From Candidatus Tenderia sp. (GTDB lineage: Bacteria; Pseudomonadota; Gammaproteobacteria; Tenderiales; Tenderiaceae): a stretch of DNA of 64,000 nucleotides. Where the stretch lies: assembly GCA_031416075.1 (NCBI GenBank), contig JANOSY010000043.1, positions 1-64,000 of the forward strand. Direction: 5' to 3'. A model generated the notes under the pieces. It saw nothing but the letters and a program-made list of their open reading frames with translations, did not search any database and was not told where the DNA came from. Position numbers and translations under genes: made by a program. Below are positions 1 to 10,234 of this stretch, one piece after another. The number at the start of each line of letters is the position of its first letter. Position 1 is the first letter of the stretch.

Positions 1-114
1 AAGATTATGGAATTCATTGAGGTCCACAATACCGATCCAAAACCCTTTGTGTGGACAAAAACAACTGAAGCGATTTTAGAGAAAATCGGGCGTGCTAAGG
101 CTGCCTTGGTATGA
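1..114 (+). CDS. IS630-family transposase, C-terminal end (partial, runs off window start)
   Basis: Frame +1 reads KIMEFIEVHNTDPKPFVWTKTTEAILEKIGRAKAALV*; HNxxPKPFxWTK is the typical IS630 transposase C-terminus. Confidence 0.8.
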   Translation, partial: KIMEFIEVHNTDPKPFVWTKTTEAILEKIGRAKAALV

Positions 115-139
115 GTATATTATTTGTTACAGCACACTA
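1..139 (+). mobile_element. Right end of IS630-family insertion sequence with TA target dinucleotide (138-139)
   Basis: Transposase stop is followed by a short tail ending ...CAGCACAC-TA-G. IS630 elements insert at TA, often within CTAG. The left end is outside the window. Confidence 0.7.
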
Positions 140-349
140 GACCCAGGCCAATACACGTATTACAAAACAGCGCGAGCCGTGATTGCTCGAGTAGGCGGAC
201 GACTATCTCACGGCGCCACCTTGCTTCGAGAGCTACAAACCCCCTCAGCCGTCTTACCCCAAATCGATCTAACGTGGCTGGGGCGGAGGGTCACTTACCG
301 CAATGGGGTGCTTACATTGGCGGAGATCACTATCAACCCATCATCATGA
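137..349 (+). pseudogene. 3' remnant of a PEP-utilizing enzyme (phospho-His mobile domain) gene interrupted by IS630
   Basis: From the TA site the frame reads LDPG...ARAVIARVGGRLSHGATLLRELQTPSAV, matching the DPG...GGxLSHGAxxxRExxxP motif of PEP-utilizer mobile domains. Confidence 0.7.
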
Positions 350-356
350 CCTTGAC

Positions 357-395
357 CTGACGGTTGCGCTAATACAACCCGCCACCGTCAGTTTT
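357..395 (+). terminator. Possible terminator hairpin between convergent genes
   Basis: CTGACGGT...ACCGTCAG inverted repeat followed by TTTT. Confidence 0.35.
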
Positions 396-429
396 AACCA
401 AGGCTACCTACATAGACGCTCGCATCGGA

Positions 430-1437
430 TTAACGAATAGTGCCACTCTGCATGCCCAGTACTTTCACAAAGGTCTCCGCCATCACCACACCAAACCGCT
501 CCACAAACTGCTGGAACGGGTCTGGTTTAACGGTGTAGTCAACAATGCTCTCTTCACCAATCACATCACGTGCAACATAGCTGGCACTGCCTAAACCATC
601 AGCCAACCCCATCTCAATGGCCTGCTCACCGGTCCAGACAAGCCCTGTAAACAGATCGTCGTTCTCTTTCAACCGATCACCGCGCCCTGTTTTTACCGTC
701 TCTATAAACTGCTGATGGATATTGTCGAGCATGCCGTGAATATGGGTCGCATCCTTCTCTTTCAGTGGTGAGAATGGATCTAAGAAACCTTTATTCTCTC
801 CCGCCGTCAACATCCGCCGTTCAATGCCCAGTTTGCCCATGGCATCAACAAAACCAAAACTGCCCATCACCACGCCGATTGAACCGACAATACTGGCTTT
901 ATCAACATAGATCTCATCCGCAGCGGCGGCTATATAGTATCCACCAGAGGCACACAGATCAGTCACCACTGCATATAAAGGAATGTTGGGATACTTTCCC
1001 CGCAACCGTTTGATCTCATCATTGATATAACCCGCCTGAACCGGACTGCCACCAGGGCTATTGATACGCAAAATAACCCCTGCGGTATGTTTATTCTCAA
1101 AGGCAAGGCGCAAGCTGCTTACTATATTATCTGCACTTGCCTCACTATCCGCCGCTATTACCCCTTGCACTTCAATCAAGGCGGTATGTTTTTTACCCAC
1201 GCCCATGCTGGCACCGTCCTGCCCCACAAACATAAACCCCACAATCGCCAGCAGATAGATGACCATGATTGACTTGAAGAAGATACCCCAGCGCCGCGCA
1301 CGTCGCTGCTCCGTCAACGCCCCCAGTGCCAGTTTGCTGATCAGCTCCTTTTCCCAGTTAGGGTCTTGCTGCTCTTTTACCTGAGGTGCCTGGGTCCAGG
1401 CATCTTTCACCTGACCACTATTATCATGATCTGTCAT
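430..1437 (-). CDS. sppA: Signal peptide peptidase SppA (S49 family)
   Basis: LRINSPGGS, ASGGYYIA and GSIGV motifs; N-terminal TM helix; conserved rluC-HAD-sppA context. Confidence 0.93.
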   Translation of the reverse strand: MTDHDNSGQVKDAWTQAPQVKEQQDPNWEKELISKLALGALTEQRRARRWGIFFKSIMVIYLLAIVGFMFVGQDGASMGVGKKHTALIEVQGVIAADSEASADNIVSSLRLAFENKHTAGVILRINSPGGSPVQAGYINDEIKRLRGKYPNIPLYAVVTDLCASGGYYIAAAADEIYVDKASIVGSIGVVMGSFGFVDAMGKLGIERRMLTAGENKGFLDPFSPLKEKDATHIHGMLDNIHQQFIETVKTGRGDRLKENDDLFTGLVWTGEQAIEMGLADGLGSASYVARDVIGEESIVDYTVKPDPFQQFVERFGVVMAETFVKVLGMQSGTIR

Positions 1438-1468
1438 ATTATTTCCGTTGGTTGTAAACGCTGCTGGA

Positions 1469-2134
1469 TTATAACTTCAAATTACGTTCAAACCATTCCC
1501 CTAACGCAGGAATGCTATCTAGGCTGGCCAAAGGCTGGTATTGATGTAGACGGTGTGGCTCATGGGCACCATAGGTCACCGCCAATGCGGCGGTTCCAGC
1601 CCGTTGTGCCATCTCCATATCATACTCAGTATCACCAATCATCAGTGTCGTTTCAGGCTTGGCACCAAGCTCCTCAATCAACTCCAGCAACATCTGGGGG
1701 TGCGGTTTGGAAGTTGTCTCATCGGCACAACGGGTCGCCTGAAAAAAACGGCCACAATCAGTGTGGCGCAAAACCCTATCCAACCCTTTACGACTCTTGC
1801 CTGTCGCCACCGCCAACATAACAGGCTGCTGGTGCAATCCCGCCAACAGCGCTGGGACCCCCTCAAACAGCTGCTCAGGCATCGGGCAGTTTCCCAAAAA
1901 ATGGTGCCGATACCGGTCGGTATACTGCCAAACATCCTGATCATTAATGGCGGGATAGAGGAAACGAATCGCCTCCTGCATACCCAATCCTATGATGTTA
2001 CGAAAGGCTGTGTCAGTCAGATCCTCAAAACCGAGATCCTGACCCGCCGCCCGTAACGAGGCAACAATCCGGGCGGCAGAGTCCATCAACGTGCCATCCC
2101 AATCAAAAACAACCAATTCAAACGCTCTGGACAT
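1469..2134 (-). CDS. HAD-IA family hydrolase (phosphoglycolate phosphatase-like)
   Basis: FDWDGTLMDS motif I, ATGK, SKPHP and MIGD motifs. Confidence 0.92.
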   Translation of the reverse strand: MSRAFELVVFDWDGTLMDSAARIVASLRAAGQDLGFEDLTDTAFRNIIGLGMQEAIRFLYPAINDQDVWQYTDRYRHHFLGNCPMPEQLFEGVPALLAGLHQQPVMLAVATGKSRKGLDRVLRHTDCGRFFQATRCADETTSKPHPQMLLELIEELGAKPETTLMIGDTEYDMEMAQRAGTAALAVTYGAHEPHRLHQYQPLASLDSIPALGEWFERNLKL

Positions 2135-2144
2135 GCCTACTCAC

Positions 2145-3092
2145 TCACACCAATTGACCTAAAACAGCCTCAAGATCCTCACCCAGCGGTGCCTGAAACT
2201 CCAGACGCCGCCCATCCCACATGAAATAGATGCGCTGGGCATGGAGGAATAGTCGCTTCAGCCCTAACGCTTTCATCTGCTGATTGAACGCCTTATCACC
2301 ATACTTTTCATCCCCCGCCAGTGGGTGGCCAGAATGGGTCGCATGGACACGGATCTGATGGGTACGCCCCGTCATCAACTCCACCTCCATCAAGGTGGCC
2401 GCCTTAAAACGCAGTTGGGGTGTAAAGCGGCTCAACGCCTCCTTACCGGTAGGTGTCACCCGCACCATCCGCTCCCCCGAACTCAGAGTATTTTTCAGCA
2501 GCGGGGCATCAACATCCCGCGCGCCCCCTTTCCACTTCCCCTGACAGAGCGCCAGATAGTGCTTTCCCACCTCACCGTTACGGATCAACTCATGCAGTTG
2601 GCGCAAGGCAGACCGCTTTTTAGCCAACAACAGGCACCCCGAGGTATCACGGTCAAGCCGGTGAACCAACTCCAGCCCCTGCAGCTCAGGTCTCAGCTTT
2701 CGCATCGCCTCAATCACACCGTAACTCACTCCACTGCCACCATGCACAGCAATGCATGAGGGTTTATTGAGCACAATCAACGCATCATCCTCAAACATGA
2801 TGCTCTCCTCAATCTGTCGCAACACCCCTTGACTAGGTGATACTGTGTCGGCAACGGCAGCAGTTTTAAGCGGTGGAATACGCACAATATCACCCGCCTG
2901 AAGCCGATAGAGCGGTTTAATACGCCCTTTATTCACACGCACCTGCCCAGTCCTTAATATTTTGTAAATCATGCTCTTAGGCAGATTACGCAGCTGCGCC
3001 ATCAAAAAATTGTCGATACGCTGCCCGGCACGTTCAGCATCAATTTCAAGGAAACGTGCTTCCATTTTGTCATTTTCAGAATAATCAGTCAT
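2145..3092 (-). CDS. rluC: 23S rRNA pseudouridine(955/2504/2580) synthase RluC
   Basis: S4 domain (GQRIDNFL), HRLDRDTSG, GRTHQIRVH; divergent from rne. Confidence 0.95.
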   Translation of the reverse strand: MTDYSENDKMEARFLEIDAERAGQRIDNFLMAQLRNLPKSMIYKILRTGQVRVNKGRIKPLYRLQAGDIVRIPPLKTAAVADTVSPSQGVLRQIEESIMFEDDALIVLNKPSCIAVHGGSGVSYGVIEAMRKLRPELQGLELVHRLDRDTSGCLLLAKKRSALRQLHELIRNGEVGKHYLALCQGKWKGGARDVDAPLLKNTLSSGERMVRVTPTGKEALSRFTPQLRFKAATLMEVELMTGRTHQIRVHATHSGHPLAGDEKYGDKAFNQQMKALGLKRLFLHAQRIYFMWDGRRLEFQAPLGEDLEAVLGQLV

Positions 3093-3722
3093 TTGTCACC
3101 ATTTTAGGGCGCTATAATAGCTTCTATGGCTCTAGAGAACATGCTATATTTGGGAATGGCGTCGAATCGGCCAGCCGTGCTAGCAAGCATGGATTAACGA
3201 TTCTAACCGCAGATAGCAACAGCTTTTTTCGTTCCGGTTAGATGCGAGCTTTAGTGATCGCAGCTGAACCAAATTAAAAACACGCTGTCATCTGATGGAA
3301 TAGTGCCGATACTGAAACCGTATCTGCCCTGAAGCAAATTTTACCACTCTATGGTGATTCGATGAAAGACCATAGAGAAGCGGCTGAATAAGCGCACGGC
3401 CCTACAGGCCATTTTATTAGTGTTTAATTAACGAACATATGGCGTTCCCGCCCCTGTGTGGCGCGGAAGCTGAACAAGCCCAATCTGTCTGGGGCATGTG
3501 GACCGAGAGTTGGTCAGCTCAATTAAATGGATTCAAACACCTTAGCTAGGTGATAACGCCCTGCTAAGAAGTTAAGTTGAACGTTGCGACCAGTCTCATC
3601 CTGACTCTGCCCGAGTGTGTGGCGGTGTTTTAGATGCGCATTAAGCGCAATGAAACTCCATAGCTTCAGCCTCCCCGTGCTGCCGGTTAAAAGCGCAGTT
3701 ACGCCTCGGAGAATAGTAAAAA
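3093..3722 (+). promoter_or_regulatory. rluC/rne divergent promoter region and long rne 5' leader
   Basis: 630-bp intergenic region; TATAAT at 3113-3118 and TGCTATATT at 3142-3150; rne genes typically carry long autoregulatory leaders. Confidence 0.5.
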
Positions 3723-6251
3723 ATGAAAAGAATGCTCATTAACGCAACTCAAAAAGAGGAGTTGCGTGTTGCTCTTGTTGATGGTCAAAGACTCTACGAC
3801 CTCGACATCGAACTGCCCGGCCGCGAACAGAAAAAGGCCAACATTTACAAGGGTAGAATTACCCGCATCGAACCCAGCTTGGAAGCTGCTTTTGTTGATT
3901 ATGGTGCTGACCGTCACGGCTTTTTGCCGCTAAAAGAGGTCAACCCCATCATATTTGCTAATCAGCCTAGCGATGAAAACAGCCGCCTAAACATTAAAGA
4001 GGTACTGAAAGAGGGGCAAGAGGTCGTTGTTCAGATCGATAAGGAAGAGCGTGGCAACAAAGGAGCCGCCCTCACCACCTTTATCAGTTTGGCAGGCCGC
4101 TACATGGTTCTCATGCCCAACAATCCCCGTGCCGGTGGAGTTTCGCGCCGTATCGAAGGTGATGAACGTAACGAACTGCGCGAGGCGATGGCTGCGCTCA
4201 GCATACCTGAAGGCATGGGGGTCATCGTCCGCACTGCGGGTGTTGGTAAAAGTGTAGAGGAGCTACAGTGGGACTTAGACTATCTACTGCGTCTCTGGTC
4301 TGCTATCGACATCGCCAGCCAAGAGAAAGCCGCCCCGTTTCTGGTCTACCAAGAGAGCAACATCATCATCCGTGCTATCCGCGACTACTTCCGTCAGGAT
4401 ATTGGCGAGATCCTGATCGACTGCAAAGAAGTCTACGATTACGCCCATGATTTCATGACTCAGGTGATGCCTCACAACCTGAAACGGCTCAAACACTACG
4501 ATGACCATGTACCGCTCTTCTCCCGCTATCAGGTAGAGAGCCAGATCGAAACCGCCTTTCAGCACGAAGTACGTCTGCCATCGGGCGGCGCGATCGTCAT
4601 TGACCGGACCGAGGCGTTGGTCTCCATCGACATCAACTCTTCCCGCGCCACCCAGGGCGGCGACATTGAAGAGACCGCTCTTAACACCAATCTTGAAGCC
4701 GCGGATGAGATTGCCCGCCAGCTACGGCTGCGCGACCTGGGCGGTCTGATTGTGATCGACTTTATTGACATGACACCGGCACGCAACCAGCGTGAAGTGG
4801 AAAACCGCATCCGCGACGCACTGAAGGTTGACCGTGCCCGTGTTCAGATTGGCCGTATCTCACGTTTTGGATTGCTGGAGATGTCACGCCAGCGGCTACG
4901 CCCCTCACTGGGCGAGTCGATTCAGGTCGCCTGCCCACGCTGCAAGGGCGAAGGCTCGATCCGTAATGTGGAATCACTGGCACTCTCCATACTCCGCCTC
5001 ATTGAAGAGGAAGCGATGAAAGAGAAGTCTGCCCGTATCGAGGCGCAATTGCCAATTTCGGTGGCCACCTTCCTGCTCAACGAGAAGCGCCAGGCGGTCA
5101 GCGCCATCGAGGCACGCCACAGCATTCACCTTGTTCTGATCCCCAACCCCTCGCTGGAGACCCCAAACTACGAGGTGAAACGGGTCAAGGCTGATGAGTT
5201 GAAAAATCTTGAAAGCACCAACAGTTATCAGATAGTTCAAGAGATTGAGCCTGAAGAGACCACTATGATCCCGCGCCCCACCAAGGTGGAACGCCCAGCG
5301 GTTCAAGGGATTCAACCCACCGCTCCAGCCCCGGCCCCCATTCAGGCCGCCAAGGTATCAACGGCCCAGCGCGAAGCGGAAGTTGGATTTATCAAGCGCC
5401 TCTGGACCTCGCTTTTTGCTGGAAAACCAGGTACCGCTGTTACCAGCGAAACAACAACCAGTAACAGTGAAGCGGAACAAGAAACATCTGCTTCAGCCTC
5501 ACCCCGCAGCAGCGGCCAGGGACAGACCCGGGAGCGTGACGGCAACCGTAACCGCAACTCATCCCGCAGAGGTGGTAATAATCAGCGTAACCGTCGTGGT
5601 GGTCGCACTGGTACAGTGGAAGGTCAGGACAAACCTGAGGCCGCCGTCGAAGCGCCCATCACACCAGCCGCTGCCACCACCGTGGCAACAGCATCCACAG
5701 CGGTAAGTGACAGTGACGAGACTACCGAAACAGCCGCTAACGCCCAACGTCGCAATACCGAGGGACGTCGTGGTCGACGTGGCGGAAATGGACGTCGTCG
5801 TCGGAAACCTTCTGAGCAGGGCGTAGCGACAGCTGAGCCACAAGAGGCCAACGGCAACGTTGCTGTCCAGACGGAGCCAACATCCAGGACTGAACCGGCC
5901 CCCAGGGTCACCGAAAATGCTTCTGGCAACAGCGCCCCTTCACCACAAGAGAGCAGCACACCCCCTCCTCCGGCTGCCGTTGCGCCACAGGATATGCCAC
6001 CACGGGTAGCACGACCACCACGCACACCGCGTAAACCACGGCCGCCTCGTGAACCACGCAACAGTGAGGCCAGCGAAGGTACTGAGACAAAGGAGCCCCG
6101 CAACGAACCTGCCTCCGCACCACAGGAAGCATCCCGCCCAGAATCTGAAGCAGCCAAACCTTCTGCGCCTGTGCAGCGGACCATGGATCTGCCCGCTCAG
6201 ACCCCAGCACCTGTGCAACCAACCAAAGCACCGGATTCTACTCCGGAGTAG
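3723..6251 (+). CDS. rne: Ribonuclease E
   Basis: [30 protein letters not shown] start, S1 domain, CPRC Zn-link, amphipathic [11 protein letters not shown], Arg-rich disordered C-terminus. Confidence 0.98.
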   Translation: MKRMLINATQKEELRVALVDGQRLYDLDIELPGREQKKANIYKGRITRIEPSLEAAFVDYGADRHGFLPLKEVNPIIFANQPSDENSRLNIKEVLKEGQEVVVQIDKEERGNKGAALTTFISLAGRYMVLMPNNPRAGGVSRRIEGDERNELREAMAALSIPEGMGVIVRTAGVGKSVEELQWDLDYLLRLWSAIDIASQEKAAPFLVYQESNIIIRAIRDYFRQDIGEILIDCKEVYDYAHDFMTQVMPHNLKRLKHYDDHVPLFSRYQVESQIETAFQHEVRLPSGGAIVIDRTEALVSIDINSSRATQGGDIEETALNTNLEAADEIARQLRLRDLGGLIVIDFIDMTPARNQREVENRIRDALKVDRARVQIGRISRFGLLEMSRQRLRPSLGESIQVACPRCKGEGSIRNVESLALSILRLIEEEAMKEKSARIEAQLPISVATFLLNEKRQAVSAIEARHSIHLVLIPNPSLETPNYEVKRVKADELKNLESTNSYQIVQEIEPEETTMIPRPTKVERPAVQGIQPTAPAPAPIQAAKVSTAQREAEVGFIKRLWTSLFAGKPGTAVTSETTTSNSEAEQETSASASPRSSGQGQTRERDGNRNRNSSRRGGNNQRNRRGGRTGTVEGQDKPEAAVEAPITPAAATTVATASTAVSDSDETTETAANAQRRNTEGRRGRRGGNGRRRRKPSEQGVATAEPQEANGNVAVQTEPTSRTEPAPRVTENASGNSAPSPQESSTPPPPAAVAPQDMPPRVARPPRTPRKPRPPREPRNSEASEGTETKEPRNEPASAPQEASRPESEAAKPSAPVQRTMDLPAQTPAPVQPTKAPDSTPE

Positions 6252-6263
6252 TTGAGTCACAAC

Positions 6264-6296
6264 CCCAGGGCCCGATGACGGGTTCTGGGTTTTTTT
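6264..6296 (+). terminator. Rho-independent terminator after rne
   Basis: CCCAGGGCCCG-ATGA-CGGGTTCTGGG followed by a T7 run. Confidence 0.85.
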
Positions 6297-6301
6297 ATCT
6301 A

Positions 6302-6775
6302 TTAAAGATGGTTTTCCTTGATATCCTGCAACAGCCCTTCAGCGGCTGCCTCCACCAGATCCAACACCTGTTCAAACCCGCTACCACCACCATAATAGGG
6401 GTCAGGCACTTCACGTTTTTTCATCTGCGGGGCAAACGTCATAAAGAGCTGCAATTTTTTACGTTGCTCTACCGGGCAGATCATCTCCAGATGCTGAAGA
6501 TTATCGTCATCCATCGCCAATACGTAGTCAAACTCATGAAAATCAGCCGGTTTAACCTGCCGTGCGCGCAATGCGCTTAAATCTATTCCACGACGAGATG
6601 CCGCTAACTGAGAGCGCTCGTCAGCCCCTTTACCGATGTGATAAGCATGTGTGCCCGCGGAATCAACTTGCACAACAGATGTAAGCGATTGATCCTCTAA
6701 GATTTTAACAAACACGCCATGGGCCGTTGGTGAACGACAGATATTACCCATACAGACAAACAATACTTTAACCAT
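6302..6775 (-). CDS. Low molecular weight protein-tyrosine phosphatase
   Basis: VCMGNICRS P-loop and DPYY motif. Confidence 0.95.
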   Translation of the reverse strand: MVKVLFVCMGNICRSPTAHGVFVKILEDQSLTSVVQVDSAGTHAYHIGKGADERSQLAASRRGIDLSALRARQVKPADFHEFDYVLAMDDDNLQHLEMICPVEQRKKLQLFMTFAPQMKKREVPDPYYGGGSGFEQVLDLVEAAAEGLLQDIKENHL

Positions 6776-6882
6776 CTCACATTACCCATGAAACCTTTGT
6801 TGGTTTCACGCCTCCATAGTTCTAAAATCGGAATTTACGCGTAAACTAAAAAACGTACCCAAGGGAAAAAGGATTAAACACC

Positions 6883-7158
6883 ATGCAGGAAACCGTAATC
6901 AATGTCTCCAAGCTGCGCGACCTGATTGGCCATGAGGTGGAGTTTGATGGCACCACATGCCAGATTATTGAGATCCTTGAAGATGGTCCGGCGCTGATAT
7001 TGCAGCACTGCCACCAGCATAGCACCATCCAGGCCGACCAACATGGCGAGGCCCACCGCCGAGTCCCCAGCACCATTACGGTACCGGTCTACGATCCACA
7101 GGGGGCCGCGCTAAACGCTGACTTCAGCGCCTTGAATCTGCTTGAACGCTTACTGTAG
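6883..7158 (+). CDS. Hypothetical protein (91 aa)
   Basis: ATG with upstream AAGGA; fills the gap between ptp and kdsB; protein-like composition. Confidence 0.65.
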   Translation: MQETVINVSKLRDLIGHEVEFDGTTCQIIEILEDGPALILQHCHQHSTIQADQHGEAHRRVPSTITVPVYDPQGAALNADFSALNLLERLL

Positions 7159-7905
7159 CAGTTGCCGCACACGCTCAAGATCCTGGGCCGTATCAACACC
7201 GGCAACACTGGCAACCTGGGCTACCGCAAGATGTATTTTATGACCATGCCACAATACCCGCAGCTGCTCCAGGGATTCAATCGACTCCAGGGGAGAGGTC
7301 GGCCAGCGGACATATTCGTTAATAAACCCGGCGCGATAAGCGTAAAGACCGATATGGCGCAGATAATGGGTATCTTCCGGCAGCTCTGTTGTAGTGAGCG
7401 CAAAGGCGTCACGATTCCAGGGAATCGGGGCGCGACTAAAGTAAAGGGCATACCCCTGCCCATCGCTGACCACCTTCACCACATTTGGATCAAACAGCAT
7501 AGCCGCATTATGAATTGACTCTGCCAGGGTAGCCACACTGGCGGAGGGATGATTATTCAGGTTTTGCGCCACCTGGCGTATCAGCTGTGGCGGCATCAGC
7601 GGCTCGTCACCTTGCAGATTGACGATAATCTCATCGGCCTCCAGCGCCAGCGTCTGCACCACTTCTGAGAGTCGCTCGGTACCGGAACGATGGTCTGCGG
7701 CAGTCATGCAGACCCGCGCACCAAACCCTTGGGCAACCGCTTCAATCTTCGCCTCATCAGTGGCGATAATCACCCGCTCGGCACCACTCTCCAGCGCCCG
7801 TTCATAAACGTGCTGGATCATCGGCTTGCCACCAATATCAAGTAGCGGTTTGCCCGGCAGGCGGGTCGACGCAAAACGCGCCGGAATCACAACACTGAAT
7901 CTCAA
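7150..7905 (-). CDS. kdsB: 3-deoxy-manno-octulosonate cytidylyltransferase
   Basis: [35 protein letters not shown]. Confidence 0.97.
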   Translation of the reverse strand: MRFSVVIPARFASTRLPGKPLLDIGGKPMIQHVYERALESGAERVIIATDEAKIEAVAQGFGARVCMTAADHRSGTERLSEVVQTLALEADEIIVNLQGDEPLMPPQLIRQVAQNLNNHPSASVATLAESIHNAAMLFDPNVVKVVSDGQGYALYFSRAPIPWNRDAFALTTTELPEDTHYLRHIGLYAYRAGFINEYVRWPTSPLESIESLEQLRVLWHGHKIHLAVAQVASVAGVDTAQDLERVRQLLQ

Positions 7906-8084
7906 CGCCCCACCTCTTCCAGTGACAAGCGGCGCGCCTCATCTTCCAGCATGACGGGGATATCATCGTGAATCGGATACGCCAGACGATCCGCCTTGCA
8001 GATCAACTCCTTGCGCTCTTTGTTATATAACAGCGTCCCCTTGCATACCGGGCAGACCAGAATATCCAGCAGTTTTTTATCCAT
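7902..8084 (-). CDS. ycaR: Trm112 family protein (YcaR)
   Basis: [12 protein letters not shown]...[11 protein letters not shown]; lies between lpxK and kdsB. Confidence 0.95.
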   Translation of the reverse strand: MDKKLLDILVCPVCKGTLLYNKERKELICKADRLAYPIHDDIPVMLEDEARRLSLEEVGR

Positions 8085-8086
8085 TG

Positions 8087-9073
8087 TTACGCACCCTCTC
8101 CTGTTAACTCTTTTATCTGTTGCATAAGGCGGTCAGCAAACGAACCATCCAGTTGCGCCTGCACCGGTAAGTACCAGATGCGGGCAGTGGCAAAGTGGCG
8201 ACATTTTACCGCATCTTTCTCGGTCATCAGTATGGGGAGTTCATCGGCAAAGTTGATATCACCCGCTTTAAACGGATAATGGTCTGGATAGGCGTGCTCA
8301 ATCACCGTCAGGCCACTCTGCCGCAACAACTCAAAAAAACGGGCCGGATTACCGATACCCGCCACGGCATGGACCTGCTGCCCATGAAGATCGGCAAGAG
8401 CGGTCTCACTGTTGCCGTCAAACAACGAGACCAATCTCTCTGGCAGCAGCGTCATCTCAATCTCACCATCACCGGCGCGACCATTCACTACCCGATAATC
8501 AACCCGTTTCAGTCGTGACACCGGCTCACGCAACGGGCCGGCGGGCAGACAGTGGCCATTGCCAAAACGGCGCACGCCATCGATCACCACAATCTCAACA
8601 TCACGCTGCAGGCGGTAGTGCTGCAGCCCATCATCGCTGATCAGGATGTTGCAGTTGCCCTGTCCCAGCAACATCCTGACGGCCAGTATCCGATCCGGCG
8701 CTGCCACCACAGGGCAACCACAGCGTTGTGCCAGCAGCACCGGTTCATCCCCCACCAGCACCGGGTCACTCTCAGCCGTTACCCACTGCGGCCACTGCTG
8801 CGCCTGCCCACCGTAACCACGGGTGATAATGCCCGGGCGGTAGCCACGCTGTTGCAACATCTTAATCAACCAGGCCACTAACGGCGTTTTACCGGTGCCA
8901 CCAACACTGATGTTACCCACCACCACCACTGGCACCGGGAGTTTTTCACTTTTCAGCAGACCGATTCTATACGCCAACCGCCGCAGCGTGACCAGTAACA
9001 GGAATAACCAGGAGAACGGCAACAGCCAGAGCGGCGCACGTGGCGAGTACCAATGCTGCACCAGCCGTTTCAT
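8087..9073 (-). CDS. lpxK: Tetraacyldisaccharide 4'-kinase
   Basis: [40 protein letters not shown]. Confidence 0.97.
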   Translation of the reverse strand: MKRLVQHWYSPRAPLWLLPFSWLFLLLVTLRRLAYRIGLLKSEKLPVPVVVVGNISVGGTGKTPLVAWLIKMLQQRGYRPGIITRGYGGQAQQWPQWVTAESDPVLVGDEPVLLAQRCGCPVVAAPDRILAVRMLLGQGNCNILISDDGLQHYRLQRDVEIVVIDGVRRFGNGHCLPAGPLREPVSRLKRVDYRVVNGRAGDGEIEMTLLPERLVSLFDGNSETALADLHGQQVHAVAGIGNPARFFELLRQSGLTVIEHAYPDHYPFKAGDINFADELPILMTEKDAVKCRHFATARIWYLPVQAQLDGSFADRLMQQIKELTGEGA

Positions 9074-9101
9074 GCACGGGCATTAAACGTGGTGAACACG
9101 G

Positions 9102-9518
9102 TCACTGTTTTACATTACGGGTAGCAATGGAGAGGTGGATTAACCCCACCTGACGTGCCGCATCCATGGCAGTAACCACAGACTGATGTGGTGACATGGC
9201 ATCCGCGCTCACAATCACAGGCGGCGCATCCCGCCCATCCATCGCTTTGCGGAGTGCCCGTTTAAGGGTGTCAAGCTGGCTATTAACCACCAGAACGTTA
9301 TTAATATAGTAACGCCCCTCTTTGTCGATCAGTATCTCCAGCGGCTGACCCACCGACTCGGTCGGTTCGTTGGAGGCCTGCGGCAGATTAATCTCAATCT
9401 GGGATTCTTCACGAAACGTGGTTGTCACCATAAAAAAGATCAGCAGCAGAAATACCACATCGATCAGTGGTGCCATGTCGATGGAGATCTGCTCACGGCG
9501 ATGTTTGCGCCAGCTCAT
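9102..9518 (-). CDS. exbD: Biopolymer transporter ExbD
   Basis: PLIDVVFLLLIFFMV TM motif. Confidence 0.93.
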   Translation of the reverse strand: MSWRKHRREQISIDMAPLIDVVFLLLIFFMVTTTFREESQIEINLPQASNEPTESVGQPLEILIDKEGRYYINNVLVVNSQLDTLKRALRKAMDGRDAPPVIVSADAMSPHQSVVTAMDAARQVGLIHLSIATRNVKQ

Positions 9519-9520
9519 GG

Positions 9521-10150
9521 CTACACCCCTTCCCGCTGGCCCTGCTCACGCATGCCCAACAGAACCTCTACCAACTTCACCGACTCCTGCTCCATTGAGA
9601 CCACCAGTTCATCAACCTTACGCTCAAAGTAACGGTGTGCGATCAAACTCGGAATCGCTACAAACAGACCTGCGGCGGTGGTAATCAGCGCCACGGAGAT
9701 GCCACCCGCCAGAGGTGAGGCATTACCCACCCCTTCAAGGGTAATCGCCGCAAAGACCTGGATCATCCCCACCACAGTGCCTAACAGCCCTAACAGCGGG
9801 GCAATTTGCGCGATAATGCCTAGGGTATTGAGGAAACGTTCCATCTCCACCAGCACCTGACGACCGGTCTCATCAATAACCTCTTTGATGACTGCACGTT
9901 CGTGGTGACGATTAATCAGCCCTGCTGCCAATATCCGCCCCAGCGGTGAACCTGACTGCAAGGTTTTAATGCGGCTATTATCCAGTTCATTATTTTTGAT
10001 CCAGCCCCAAATCTCGGCCAACAGGTGCTGTGGGCAGATTTTGTTACGCTGCAAGGCCCAGAACCGTTCACCAACAATCGCCAGGGCGATCACGGAACAG
10101 AGGATGATGGGGTACATTAACCAACCACCTGACTTTACAATCTCTAACAC
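9521..10150 (-). CDS. exbB: MotA/TolQ/ExbB proton channel family protein
   Basis: APLLGLLGTVVGMI and GISVALITTAAGL. Confidence 0.92.
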   Translation of the reverse strand: MLEIVKSGGWLMYPIILCSVIALAIVGERFWALQRNKICPQHLLAEIWGWIKNNELDNSRIKTLQSGSPLGRILAAGLINRHHERAVIKEVIDETGRQVLVEMERFLNTLGIIAQIAPLLGLLGTVVGMIQVFAAITLEGVGNASPLAGGISVALITTAAGLFVAIPSLIAHRYFERKVDELVVSMEQESVKLVEVLLGMREQGQREGV

Positions 10151-10234
10151 TGTTCAAAGCTCCTATCGAAATGAATCGCTAATCATACTGATTTTTTGCT
10201 GACTGCCAAACGTTGATTTACATAAAGGGCTGAT

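Noticed and set aside
92-349. ORF 92..349 as an intact 85-aa gene
   Set aside because: Its first 15 codons are IS630 sequence; only the part from 137 resembles a real protein
5300-6251. Low-complexity RNase E C-terminus as a novel domain
   Set aside because: A disordered Arg/Pro-rich scaffold region is expected in RNase E
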